A stretch of DNA of 64,000 nt from an uncultured Gammaproteobacteria bacterium (GCA_964561945.1 CAZLQM010000003.1:1954-65953), one strand, 5' to 3'; shown: positions 39,850-48,029, numbered from the stretch's first letter. Notes: generated from the letters alone by a model not told the origin. Translations and numbers: made by a program.

Positions 39850-41163
39850 ATGGCGGGCGTTAAGATCCCTCCACACAGTGAGGATGTAGAGGTGTCGGTG
39901 CTGGGAGCGGTGTTGATTGATAAGGATACTTTTATAGATTTAGCCGGTTGGTTGAAGAGTGAACATTTTTATAATGTGGGGAATAGTGCGATTTATGAAG
40001 TTATGTTGGAGTTATATGAAAACCGACAGCCGATTGATGTGGTGACTGTGAGCGAAGGACTAAAGAAAAACAAAAAACTCAAAGCCGTGGGGGGATTGAG
40101 TTATTTGACTGAGTTGACGACTAAGGTGCCTGTTGCTGCAAACGTAGTTGAGTACGGCAAAATTATTCGTGATTATTCGATTAAGCGAAATCTGATTGCT
40201 GTGGCTGGCAAATTAGCTGATGCAGGATTTAATGATAGCGTGGCGGCGAAAGAGTTATTGGATCAGGCGGAGTCTGATGTCTTTAGTTTATCTGATCAGG
40301 GTACAACTAAGTCGTTTATTTCGGTACGTGAGGTATTATCTGGGAGTTTTGATCGGTTGGATGAATTGCAGAAACATGCAGATGGATTGCGGGGTGTGCC
40401 GACTGGATTTACAGATTTGGATGATGCATTAGCTGGGATGCAGGACTCGAATTTGTTGATTTTGGCAGCTCGACCTGGAACGGGTAAAACATCATTGGCT
40501 TTGAATTTGGCGCATTATGTGGCGGTTGAGAAACATATTCCCGTGGGGATATTTTCGTTGGAAATGAGTAGTGAGGAACTGACTGACAGGTTGCTGGTGT
40601 CTCAAGCAGATATAGACGCCTGGAAGTTAAAGACGGGACGGCTGGGAAGCGATGATTATGCGAGGTTGACTGATGCGATGGGAGTATTGGCCGAGGCTCC
40701 TTTGTATATTGATGATACGCCTGGTTTGTCGATATTAGAAATTAGGACTCGGGCAAGACGATTAAAAATGTCTACAGGTGTGAGGTTGATTTTGGTAGAT
40801 TATTTGCAGCTAGTTCATGCCTCGCGCAAGACTGATAGTCGGGTACAAGAAGTGGGAGAAGTTTCGCAGGGGTTGAAAAATATTGCTCGAGAATTGAAGA
40901 TACCTGTGCTGGCGGCGGCACAGTTGTCACGCGCAGTGGAACAGAGAGGTACCAAGAAGCCTCAGTTGTCTGACTTGCGTGAATCAGGCTCGATTGAGCA
41001 AGATGCCGACGTGGTGATGTTTCTGTGGCGAGAAAATGATGATGATTTGGAGCGAGTTAATCTGTCGATTGAGAAGCATAGGAATGGACCACTGCGAACT
41101 GTGCCGTTATTCTTCCGTGGAGATAGGATTAGGTTTTATGGGATGGATACTAAGCATAAGTAG
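39850..41163 (+). CDS. dnaB: replicative DNA helicase
   Basis: Walker A ARPGTGKTSLALNLA; DnaB N- and C-terminal domain pattern; ~437 aa. Confidence 0.9.
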   Translation: MAGVKIPPHSEDVEVSVLGAVLIDKDTFIDLAGWLKSEHFYNVGNSAIYEVMLELYENRQPIDVVTVSEGLKKNKKLKAVGGLSYLTELTTKVPVAANVVEYGKIIRDYSIKRNLIAVAGKLADAGFNDSVAAKELLDQAESDVFSLSDQGTTKSFISVREVLSGSFDRLDELQKHADGLRGVPTGFTDLDDALAGMQDSNLLILAARPGTGKTSLALNLAHYVAVEKHIPVGIFSLEMSSEELTDRLLVSQADIDAWKLKTGRLGSDDYARLTDAMGVLAEAPLYIDDTPGLSILEIRTRARRLKMSTGVRLILVDYLQLVHASRKTDSRVQEVGEVSQGLKNIARELKIPVLAAAQLSRAVEQRGTKKPQLSDLRESGSIEQDADVVMFLWRENDDDLERVNLSIEKHRNGPLRTVPLFFRGDRIRFYGMDTKHK

Positions 41164-41430
41164 AAGAGTTGTACATTGACTTGAACTTGTCGATTATTTT
41201 TATACACAGAGAGAGATCTTTAGCTTTGTTCTGAATGACGTTTTAAGCCTTGAGGAAAATAATCATGACTTTTTGATTTGATAAGAATTGTGTTAAGGAA
41301 GTGCAGGATGACGAAGATTGTGAGTGGGATGATGGGGTTAGTAGACAAATAGGGTTTGGCGTCGTTTTAAATATAATTTAGATTATTTAATAAGGATAGG
41401 TATGTTGAATGATTTGATTTTTAGACAAAA

Positions 41431-41462
41431 AAAGCCCGCGGCTACTCAGCCGCGGGTGGTGG
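41431..41462 (-). terminator. rho-independent terminator (GCCCGCGGCT/AGCCGCGGGT stem) for the 41470..41733 gene
   Basis: perfect 10-bp GC stem; an A-run on + means a T-run after the stem in the minus-strand transcript. Confidence 0.6.
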
Positions 41463-41469
41463 GTGGAAT

Positions 41470-41733
41470 TTATTTTCTCCCGAAGAGTATGGCATTGGCT
41501 TTGTGCGTTGATTCTTGGATAAACATTTTTCCGATGAGAGATGCAATCTCGTAATCGCTTGTGCCAATGTCCTCGAACGTCGAGTGAGAGGCTGTCATAA
41601 AGTACAGCATCTTATCAAGATGTTTGAGTTGTTTTTTGGAGTTTTTGGCTTTTCGTAGTTTAATGAGTTGCTTTTGCGCGATTTCTCTAAATTCAGTGTG
41701 TTGTTTTTTGAGCCATTCGTCAAAGTAGGTCAT
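41470..41733 (-). CDS. hypothetical small protein (87 aa) driven by conserved regulatory element E1
   Basis: AAGGAGAG RBS; conserved promoter/operator element upstream; terminator downstream. Confidence 0.45.
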   Translation of the reverse strand: MTYFDEWLKKQHTEFREIAQKQLIKLRKAKNSKKQLKHLDKMLYFMTASHSTFEDIGTSDYEIASLIGKMFIQESTHKANAILFGRK

Positions 41734-41786
41734 TGCTCTCCTTAAGTTTTAAAGGTTCCACCTGTGACTCTATGATTGAAGAGCCA

Positions 41787-41835
41787 ATCCTGATTAGGAC
41801 GGATATATTATAGGATAAAAGATATAGAAAGTCAA
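41787..41835 (-). promoter_or_regulatory. conserved promoter (TTGACT-N16-CTATAAT) plus palindromic operator ATCCTaatcAGGAT and hairpin-GGTGGAAC leader (copy E1)
   Basis: same element found upstream of 60772..61341 and 61586..62125. Confidence 0.55.
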
Positions 41836-41844
41836 AATTATAGG

Positions 41845-42360
41845 TTGAGAATTGTTGGGGAGTTGTGGCATAGTCTTATAATGGCAAAAATAGTGGGGTT
41901 TATATTTTTGGTTGGGGTGATAGTTGGAGGATGGTTTTATCTGCGGAGTGAGAGGGTTTTGTCGGAGGTTGAAAGGGATGATTTGATAAAAAATGCACGA
42001 GAGTATTTATCCAGTAATCCAATAGTCGAGAATAGCAACAATCGTGTGAAATTAGATCAGTATTGGGAACAATCACATTTGGGGAGAGATGAGTCGAGAA
42101 GATTTGATAGTGAATGGATTGATGGTAATGATCCTCTAGTTTATCCGATGGGCGGAGATAAATGGGGAGTGGTGTGGAAGGGAATGCCTGGATGTAAGCT
42201 GGTAGAGCCTTTGGAACTTGGATATGAACCTGTGTTGGTGGATGAGAGCGGTAAAGTTTGTGGGACTTGGTGGCAAATAACTGTGGAGATTGATAATAAG
42301 ATAGAGCAGAGGAGTCTTGTGATTCGGGAAATAGGATATGGTGAGGATTTGGAGTTGTAG
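41845..42360 (+). CDS. hypothetical protein with N-terminal TM helix
   Basis: 171-aa ORF. Confidence 0.35.
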   Translation: MRIVGELWHSLIMAKIVGFIFLVGVIVGGWFYLRSERVLSEVERDDLIKNAREYLSSNPIVENSNNRVKLDQYWEQSHLGRDESRRFDSEWIDGNDPLVYPMGGDKWGVVWKGMPGCKLVEPLELGYEPVLVDESGKVCGTWWQITVEIDNKIEQRSLVIREIGYGEDLEL

Positions 42361-42422
42361 AGAGAGCAAAAAGTAAAAAGCACCATACTTGTCGAGTATG
42401 GTGCTGGAGTATATATGTGGGT

Positions 42423-42791
42423 TTATCCGCGGTGAATCCACCAGCCGATTAAACCGTTGATTTGGATGGGGTCTATGCGTCCACCATGAATGGTGAATTC
42501 AAGCTCTCCGCGGGATGAGGAATTAATTCTCATATAAACACCTGACTGGGTGTTTTCTATGAAAAGTTCGCCCGCTGGGTTAGTGTAAACCTTTAAGCGA
42601 CGATGATTGTCGATGTAGCAAACTGGGAAAGGAGAATCATCATATGTTTCTTCCTTCTTTTCTTCAGCCAGGTAGAATTCCTCGTCGCTCATAACCATCT
42701 CCTTTGGGTGTAAAGTGCGATTTTCGTTAAAACGAAGACTTCTGGTGTTCAGAAGTTGAGTGATTATAGTGTAGTCATATCCAGAAGTCAA
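42423..42791 (-). CDS. hypothetical protein
   Basis: 122-aa ORF. Confidence 0.3.
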   Translation of the reverse strand: MTSGYDYTIITQLLNTRSLRFNENRTLHPKEMVMSDEEFYLAEEKKEETYDDSPFPVCYIDNHRRLKVYTNPAGELFIENTQSGVYMRINSSSRGELEFTIHGGRIDPIQINGLIGWWIHRG

Positions 42792-42914
42792 TTGTTATAG
42801 GTTAGTTGATGGAATTTAATCTTTGATATGTTTTGGATGGTGAGATATAGAGAAGTTAAATGATTTAAAGTCTAGGTTTGTTTCATTGTTTAGGAGGCTG
42901 GCGTGGAGAATTAA

Positions 42915-43250
42915 TTATTTTTTTGACAAAAAAATCCACGACTCGGGAGAGTCGTGGAAGATAGTCGATCGGAGAAAATTAGCTGTTCCACCCTTTGCAG
43001 GTTCTGGACGCAACTTGTCTTTTAGCCTGTTGAGTTCCTGAAGTTTTTTAGGAAGTGTTTCAATTGGCTCCAAACCATTAAGTATCGTCAGTTCGTTGAT
43101 TGTGACTTCGCCTGTTTGAATAGCTTCGGTTATTTCAAGAATAGTTTTTTCTGCGTAAGTCTGATCCTTTAGCGCTTGGTTACCGTCTTCAGCCTGTAGC
43201 CATCGGATTTTTGCATTGATATCGTCGAGTGCTCTAGATCCAATTACCAT
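42915..43250 (-). CDS. hypothetical protein
   Basis: 111-aa ORF; a terminator-like hairpin (CCACGACTC/GAGTCGTGG) lies within its 3' end. Confidence 0.3.
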   Translation of the reverse strand: MVIGSRALDDINAKIRWLQAEDGNQALKDQTYAEKTILEITEAIQTGEVTINELTILNGLEPIETLPKKLQELNRLKDKLRPEPAKGGTANFLRSTIFHDSPESWIFLSKK

Positions 43251-43391
43251 TATTATTCTCCTTGTGAAAGTACTATCTGAGTTTGGTTAGATTACTAAAC
43301 TAATCCCAGAAGCTGGGATGAAGTAAAGTTCAATAGGTATTTATTGTGCGTTTGTTTGACGAAATCCGAACCTTTTTTGAACGGAACTGAC

Positions 43392-43470
43392 GGCGCGCTT
43401 CGCGCGCCAAACTGAACACTCGGGCGGGCAAAAAGGAAGGGGGTTAGGGGGAAGGAATTTTTGCCCGCCC
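43392..43470. repeat. GC-rich structured element: palindrome GGCGCGC-TTC-GCGCGCC plus a 13-bp-stem hairpin GGGCGGGCAAAAA/TTTTTGCCCGCCC with a mirror-repeat loop
   Basis: read directly; GC content far above the surrounding ~40%. Confidence 0.6.
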
Positions 43471-43519
43471 TCGCTTTCCGCCGCCGCCGAATTTCGTGCC
43501 AACGAAGTTGGTGCGCCGC

Positions 43520-44497
43520 CTATTTATCAAATTTCAAAAAATATTCTTTCGGTTTGGACTCTCGCTCTATTATATCATTCCAACTCGGTTTTACATCTGA
43601 AACTCTTTTGATTTTTCCCTCATGCCAACAAAAGGGATTCACTACTCGCGATTTACAAAAAACTTTTCCATTGTAATTATTCGGATCGTTTCTGAAACCG
43701 ATTTTATTATTCATTCTATCAAACAATAAACTTAATTGTGAATCTGTCTTAATGTGCGGCTCTATTTTTTCCAAAACAATTTTATCGGTAGTATACAAAT
43801 CGGTTTCAGAAATATAGTTTTTTGAAAGTGCATAACGAAGATAATCGCCAACAGTTCGAAACATAACCGCAGAGAGCGGTCCAGCATAATAATCTGTGTT
43901 TAGCTTCAAAAATAACTCAGCGTATTTTTCAGCACTTTCAAAATCTTTAAAAATCCACTTTCCATTTTCCGCTAAAAGATTATCAGTAAAATATTTTCCA
44001 TTTTCTATTTCTCTAAAAACAGTAGCGGTTCTTAACGAGTAATCAATTCTATCCGCACATAAATCCGGCAAATCTTTTTCTTTTAGCGGAAAATTTTTGT
44101 CGTCTAAAATGTAATCTAAATCCAAATTGTATTTTTTGAGTATTTCGGGAATTTCTGATTTTCTAACAAATTCGTCAAAAACATTATCTTGATGATTATG
44201 TTCTTTTTCAGAGCCAGCGTCTAAAACATAATCTATACAATGAGAAAAAGCCGAGTGCGAAACATCGTGAATAAGTCCGGCAATTTGTTCTTCAATCGGG
44301 CGCACCGTACATTTTAAAAGCAAATAAACGCCGATTGAATGTTCAAAACGAGAATGTGCGGTTCCGGGAAAATGAGGCTCAAAATAGCCAGCTTGGTCTA
44401 CTTCCTTTAATCGCTGAAAAGTTTTGGAATTTATCAATTCCAAGATTATCGGTTCCTCAATTTCAAAATTTCCATATACTCGGTCTGTGTATTTCAT
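43520..44497 (-). CDS. HD-domain phosphohydrolase of the SAMHD1/dGTPase-like dNTP triphosphohydrolase type
   Basis: HSRFEHSIGVYLL, HDVSHSAFSH and ADRIDYSLR correspond to the three signature motifs of dGTPase/SAMHD1-like HD enzymes. Confidence 0.6.
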   Translation of the reverse strand: MKYTDRVYGNFEIEEPIILELINSKTFQRLKEVDQAGYFEPHFPGTAHSRFEHSIGVYLLLKCTVRPIEEQIAGLIHDVSHSAFSHCIDYVLDAGSEKEHNHQDNVFDEFVRKSEIPEILKKYNLDLDYILDDKNFPLKEKDLPDLCADRIDYSLRTATVFREIENGKYFTDNLLAENGKWIFKDFESAEKYAELFLKLNTDYYAGPLSAVMFRTVGDYLRYALSKNYISETDLYTTDKIVLEKIEPHIKTDSQLSLLFDRMNNKIGFRNDPNNYNGKVFCKSRVVNPFCWHEGKIKRVSDVKPSWNDIIERESKPKEYFLKFDK

Positions 44498-44500
44498 AAT

Positions 44501-44887
44501 TTATTTTAATCTTTTAACAAGTTCTGCCGGCGAAGAAATTATTTCTCTAAATAAAACATGACGACATAATTCTTCGTCGCCCGTTAGTGCATAAATTGGT
44601 TTTCCAGTCGCTACTGCATAGCCGATTTCCAAAGTCGTACTATTTCCAGCATATCCGTCTTTGTTAAAAACAAAAACCACATCGGCCATTTGTATTTTGT
44701 AAAAATGGTCATGAGTTAGCCCAAGAGCAACAAATTTTTTGTAATCGTCTGATAATTCCGCCCATTCATCTTGTCCGGAATGTAAATATGGTTCAAACAC
44801 AACAACGCCGAACTCTTTTAGTTTTTTGCCAAATTCTCGCATTTCTGGTTTAAAGCGGCGACTGCCGCAAAGGACTACTGTTTTCAT
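44501..44887 (-). CDS. nucleoside 2-deoxyribosyltransferase / DNPH1 (Rcl)-like N-glycosidase family protein
   Basis: VVLCGSRRF and ADVVFVFNKDGYAGNSTTLEIGYAVATGKPIYAL align with the DNPH1 motifs YFCGSIRG and ADVVVAEVTQPSLGVGYELGRAVA..KPILCL, including the catalytic Glu. Confidence 0.55.
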   Translation of the reverse strand: MKTVVLCGSRRFKPEMREFGKKLKEFGVVVFEPYLHSGQDEWAELSDDYKKFVALGLTHDHFYKIQMADVVFVFNKDGYAGNSTTLEIGYAVATGKPIYALTGDEELCRHVLFREIISSPAELVKRLK

Positions 44888-44892
44888 AATGT

Positions 44893-45099
44893 TTATTTTA
44901 TTAACTCTTCTATTGAAACGCCCAGCGCTTTGGCAATTTTTGCCATAGTTTGGACGCTTGGCTTATTAACAGTGCCGCCTTCGACTTTCATAAGCGTTGT
45001 ATATTTAATATCCGCTTTCTTGGCTAAATCGTCTTGGGTCAAGCCAAGTTTAGCCCGTGCTTTCTTTATATTTTCGCTGATTGTTTTTCCACTTGTCAT
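44893..45099 (-). CDS. XRE-family helix-turn-helix transcriptional regulator
   Basis: 68 aa; LGLTQDDLAKKADIKYTTLMKVEGG HTH_3 pattern; first gene of the 3-gene operon. Confidence 0.75.
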   Translation of the reverse strand: MTSGKTISENIKKARAKLGLTQDDLAKKADIKYTTLMKVEGGTVNKPSVQTMAKIAKALGVSIEELIK

Positions 45100-45146
45100 A
45101 TAAATAAAGTTTTGGTAGTATTATAGTATATAAGGTTATTACCTTT

Positions 45147-45161
45147 CCGCGCTTCGCGCGG
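45147..45161. repeat. GC-rich palindrome CCGCGC-TTC-GCGCGG, related to the one at 43392
   Basis: shares the GCGCTTCGCGC core with the left-flank element. Confidence 0.55.
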
Positions 45162-45197
45162 CCGAATCGGTCGGCAAAATTCCTGAAAGTTTGATTG

Positions 45198-45284
45198 TGG
45201 TGCCGGGGGCGGGAATCGAACCCGCACCTAGTTGCCTAGACAGGTTTTTGAGACCTGCGCGTCTGCCAGTTCCGCCACCCCGGC
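45198..45284 (-). tRNA. tRNA-Leu (anticodon CAA), type II with long variable arm, CCA encoded
   Basis: reverse complement folds as acceptor GCCGGGG/CCCCGGC, anticodon stem CAGGT/ACCTG with loop CUCAAAA, variable-arm stem CTAG/CTAG, T-arm GCGGG-TTCGATT-CCCGC. Confidence 0.85.
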
Positions 45285-45423
45285 TTGGGTAAAAATGTTG
45301 TTAATTTTTAAACTTAGAAACTAAAAAGTTTTTTGACTGCACTTGAAATGATAAGATGTTGGGTGCGTGCTTTTGAGCGTATTTTATTATACAATAGGTT
45401 GGTTGGAAATATAAAACAAAAAT

Positions 45424-46008
45424 ATGATTGGTGTAACTGAATTACGTGCTGGGACAGCGTTTCGATTGGATAATCAGTTATGGGTAGTGGTGAAGTATGA
45501 GCATGTCAAAATGGGTCGAGGAACGGCAACGATTAAGATCAAAGCTCGTAATTTGGAAAGCGGATCAGTGGTAGAAAAATCGTTTATATCGGGAGCTAAG
45601 GTAGAAGAGGCAAATACCATGCGCAGAGAAATGACTTTTTTGTATGCGGATGGAGATAATGTGGTGATGATGGACCCGCAGTCTTATGAGCAATTTATGA
45701 TACCGCAAAGCCTCTTGGAGGATGAGATGGTTTATTTGAAAGAAGGAGAAAACGTAGTTGTGCTTATGGTAAATGAAGAGGATGGAGCAAGAGCTTTGAC
45801 GATAGATTTGCCACCGAAGATGACCTTTGTGGTGGCTGAGGCAGATCCTGGAGTTAAGGGAGATAGCGCTGCTAATATGTTAAAAAAGGCTAAACTTGAG
45901 AACGGCATGGAAGTTAAAGTGCCGTTGTTTATCAAAGTTGGAGAAAGAATCAGAATTGATACTCGAACTGGTAACTATGTGGAACGAGCCAATGATGAGG
46001 GCAAGTAG
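45424..46008 (+). CDS. efp: translation elongation factor P
   Basis: 194 aa; KOW-like N-terminus ...VKMGRGTATIKIKARNLESG. Confidence 0.9.
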   Translation: MIGVTELRAGTAFRLDNQLWVVVKYEHVKMGRGTATIKIKARNLESGSVVEKSFISGAKVEEANTMRREMTFLYADGDNVVMMDPQSYEQFMIPQSLLEDEMVYLKEGENVVVLMVNEEDGARALTIDLPPKMTFVVAEADPGVKGDSAANMLKKAKLENGMEVKVPLFIKVGERIRIDTRTGNYVERANDEGK

Positions 46009-46061
46009 TTATTTTTTTTGAGTAAGATTAATTTGTGTTAGGATGAGCTAGGATAAATATT

Positions 46062-46763
46062 ATGATGGGCAATTTATTATTTGTTTTGAGTTGGATTGCA
46101 GTATTGGTGGTCGGACCTTTTTTGATTTGGCGTAGGATTAGGGATGAATATAACGATGAAGATGTAGTTAAATTACTGTTAATTCTTATTGTTTTTAGCC
46201 TGGTTGGGGCAAAGGGTTTTGGGGTGATTGGGTGGTTGGCAATAAGTGGCTGGAAAGTAGGGAGTAATTGGTGGATGGATAGTAGACTAGATATTTGGGG
46301 TGGAGTAATGGCTGGAATGGTAGGGATGTGGTGGTATCACTTGGATCGTGCTCGAGGTTTGACGGGGGATGTTGAGGATGCAATAGCTGAAGGATATTGG
46401 TGGGTGTTAGTGATTTTGGCGTTGGGGCGAGAAGTCGCTAGATTAATGGAGGGAAACTGGGCTGGGTTGGGGTGGGTGTTGATTTGGTTGGTGGGATTAG
46501 GAGCTTTTTATTGGGTACGAGGGAAATATCGTCAGTTTAGTTGGTATCCAAGTGGTAAGGTGGGATTTGTGTTTTGGTGTTCGATGATTTTTGTTGGATT
46601 GGGGTACAGTGTGTGGGCATTTATGAGTGGGAATATATTGTTAGGATTTGGGAGGTTTGTGTTTGGTTTTGGGACCACGATTTTTGGGTTAATTGGTTGG
46701 TATCGCAGATCTGGACGCAAGGTGCGTAAGGATTTTGGGTGGTTACCTGGAGTAAGATTTTAG
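46062..46763 (+). CDS. polytopic membrane protein, distant Lgt-like (prolipoprotein diacylglyceryl transferase family?)
   Basis: Gly/Trp-rich TM protein immediately upstream of lspA; motif conservation weak. Confidence 0.35.
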   Translation: MMGNLLFVLSWIAVLVVGPFLIWRRIRDEYNDEDVVKLLLILIVFSLVGAKGFGVIGWLAISGWKVGSNWWMDSRLDIWGGVMAGMVGMWWYHLDRARGLTGDVEDAIAEGYWWVLVILALGREVARLMEGNWAGLGWVLIWLVGLGAFYWVRGKYRQFSWYPSGKVGFVFWCSMIFVGLGYSVWAFMSGNILLGFGRFVFGFGTTIFGLIGWYRRSGRKVRKDFGWLPGVRF

Positions 46764-46765
46764 CC

Positions 46766-47173
46766 ATGAAGAATGTTTTGGATAGGTATGGATTGATTGT
46801 TGTAGGATTATTAGTTTTTGGGTTGGATCGATGGACTAAGTTTTATATATTAAACAATGGTTGGGAATATGTGATGAACGAGGGCGGAGTTTGGGGATTG
46901 CATCAAGGTTTGGACTGGCGATGGGTGAGTTTGGTAGTAATTGCTGGATTGGTGGTTTATGTGATGAGGCAGAAAATGAGTTTGAAATATCAAATTGGCT
47001 ATGGAATGGTAATTGGTGGAGGATTGGGAAATCTATATGATAGATTAACTCTGGGGGCGGTAATTGATTGGATTGGGTTGGTGGATTGGTTTGCATGGTT
47101 TAATATAGCTGATATGGCGATTAATGTTGGATTGGGGTTAATAATTTTTTGGACTTTTTATGGAAAACGATAA
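46766..47173 (+). CDS. lspA: lipoprotein signal peptidase II
   Basis: LDRWTKFY, NEGGVWG and VIDWIGLVDWFAWFNIADMAINVG match the LspA conserved boxes; the ORF track starts at GTG 46739, ATG at 46766. Confidence 0.8.
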   Translation: MKNVLDRYGLIVVGLLVFGLDRWTKFYILNNGWEYVMNEGGVWGLHQGLDWRWVSLVVIAGLVVYVMRQKMSLKYQIGYGMVIGGGLGNLYDRLTLGAVIDWIGLVDWFAWFNIADMAINVGLGLIIFWTFYGKR

Positions 47174-47924
47174 TGATTTGTTAATAGTGTTTAATAAATA
47201 TTTTCCAATTGATCAGGAGATAAAAATAGTTGAGGAGAATGATGAAATGCTTGTTATAAATAAACCTGTTGGCGTGGTGGTAAACGATGCTGTGAGTGCC
47301 AGGGGAATGACAGTACAGGCATGGATGGAAGAGAGATACGATTTTGGATCAGGTCCTGAAGTTGCGCCTGAGAAGTATAAAGACTGGGATGGTGTTAATT
47401 ATCTTGCTTTTTGGGAGAGAGATGGTATGGTGCATCGGCTAGATAAAGAAACTAGTGGATTGTTAGTTTTGGCCAAAAATCCTGACAAATTTGTAGAGTT
47501 GTTAAAAATTTTTCGGGAGCGTGAAGTACGCAAAACTTATTATGCATTGGTGCATGGTGTCCCTGTCAATTTGGAAGGGGAGATTGATGCACCCGTGGGA
47601 AGATTGCCTTGGAATAGGGTGAGATTTGGAGTGTTTCCTGGGGGTAGACAAGCGTTAACGAGTTATAAAGTGATAAATATTTGGAAAAAGGTAGCAATTG
47701 AAGGAGTGGCGGGGAGATATGATTTTGCGTTGGTTGAGGTCAAACCCCACACTGGGCGGACTCATCAGATTAGAGTGCATATGCAGTTGTTGGGAACTCC
47801 GATTGTGGGAGATGAGTTGTATAGTGGGCGGAAATTATTGCGAGCAGGGCGGAAACTGTGGAAGCGAATGTGCTTGGTGGCGGGGAAGTTGGAGATGGAG
47901 GGGAAGATATGGGAGATGGTTTAG
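47160..47924 (+). CDS. RluA-family pseudouridine synthase
   Basis: HRLDKETSGLLVLAKN catalytic-Asp motif. Confidence 0.8.
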   Translation: MENDNDLLIVFNKYFPIDQEIKIVEENDEMLVINKPVGVVVNDAVSARGMTVQAWMEERYDFGSGPEVAPEKYKDWDGVNYLAFWERDGMVHRLDKETSGLLVLAKNPDKFVELLKIFREREVRKTYYALVHGVPVNLEGEIDAPVGRLPWNRVRFGVFPGGRQALTSYKVINIWKKVAIEGVAGRYDFALVEVKPHTGRTHQIRVHMQLLGTPIVGDELYSGRKLLRAGRKLWKRMCLVAGKLEMEGKIWEMV

Positions 47925-48029
47925 TGGCTTAAGGTACAATTTTGAAATTTATTCATATGAATGAACGGTTATATTTTTTATTGTTTATAGTTGCTAATAG
48001 GGGAAGCGTGGGGTGGATGGGTATGATAA

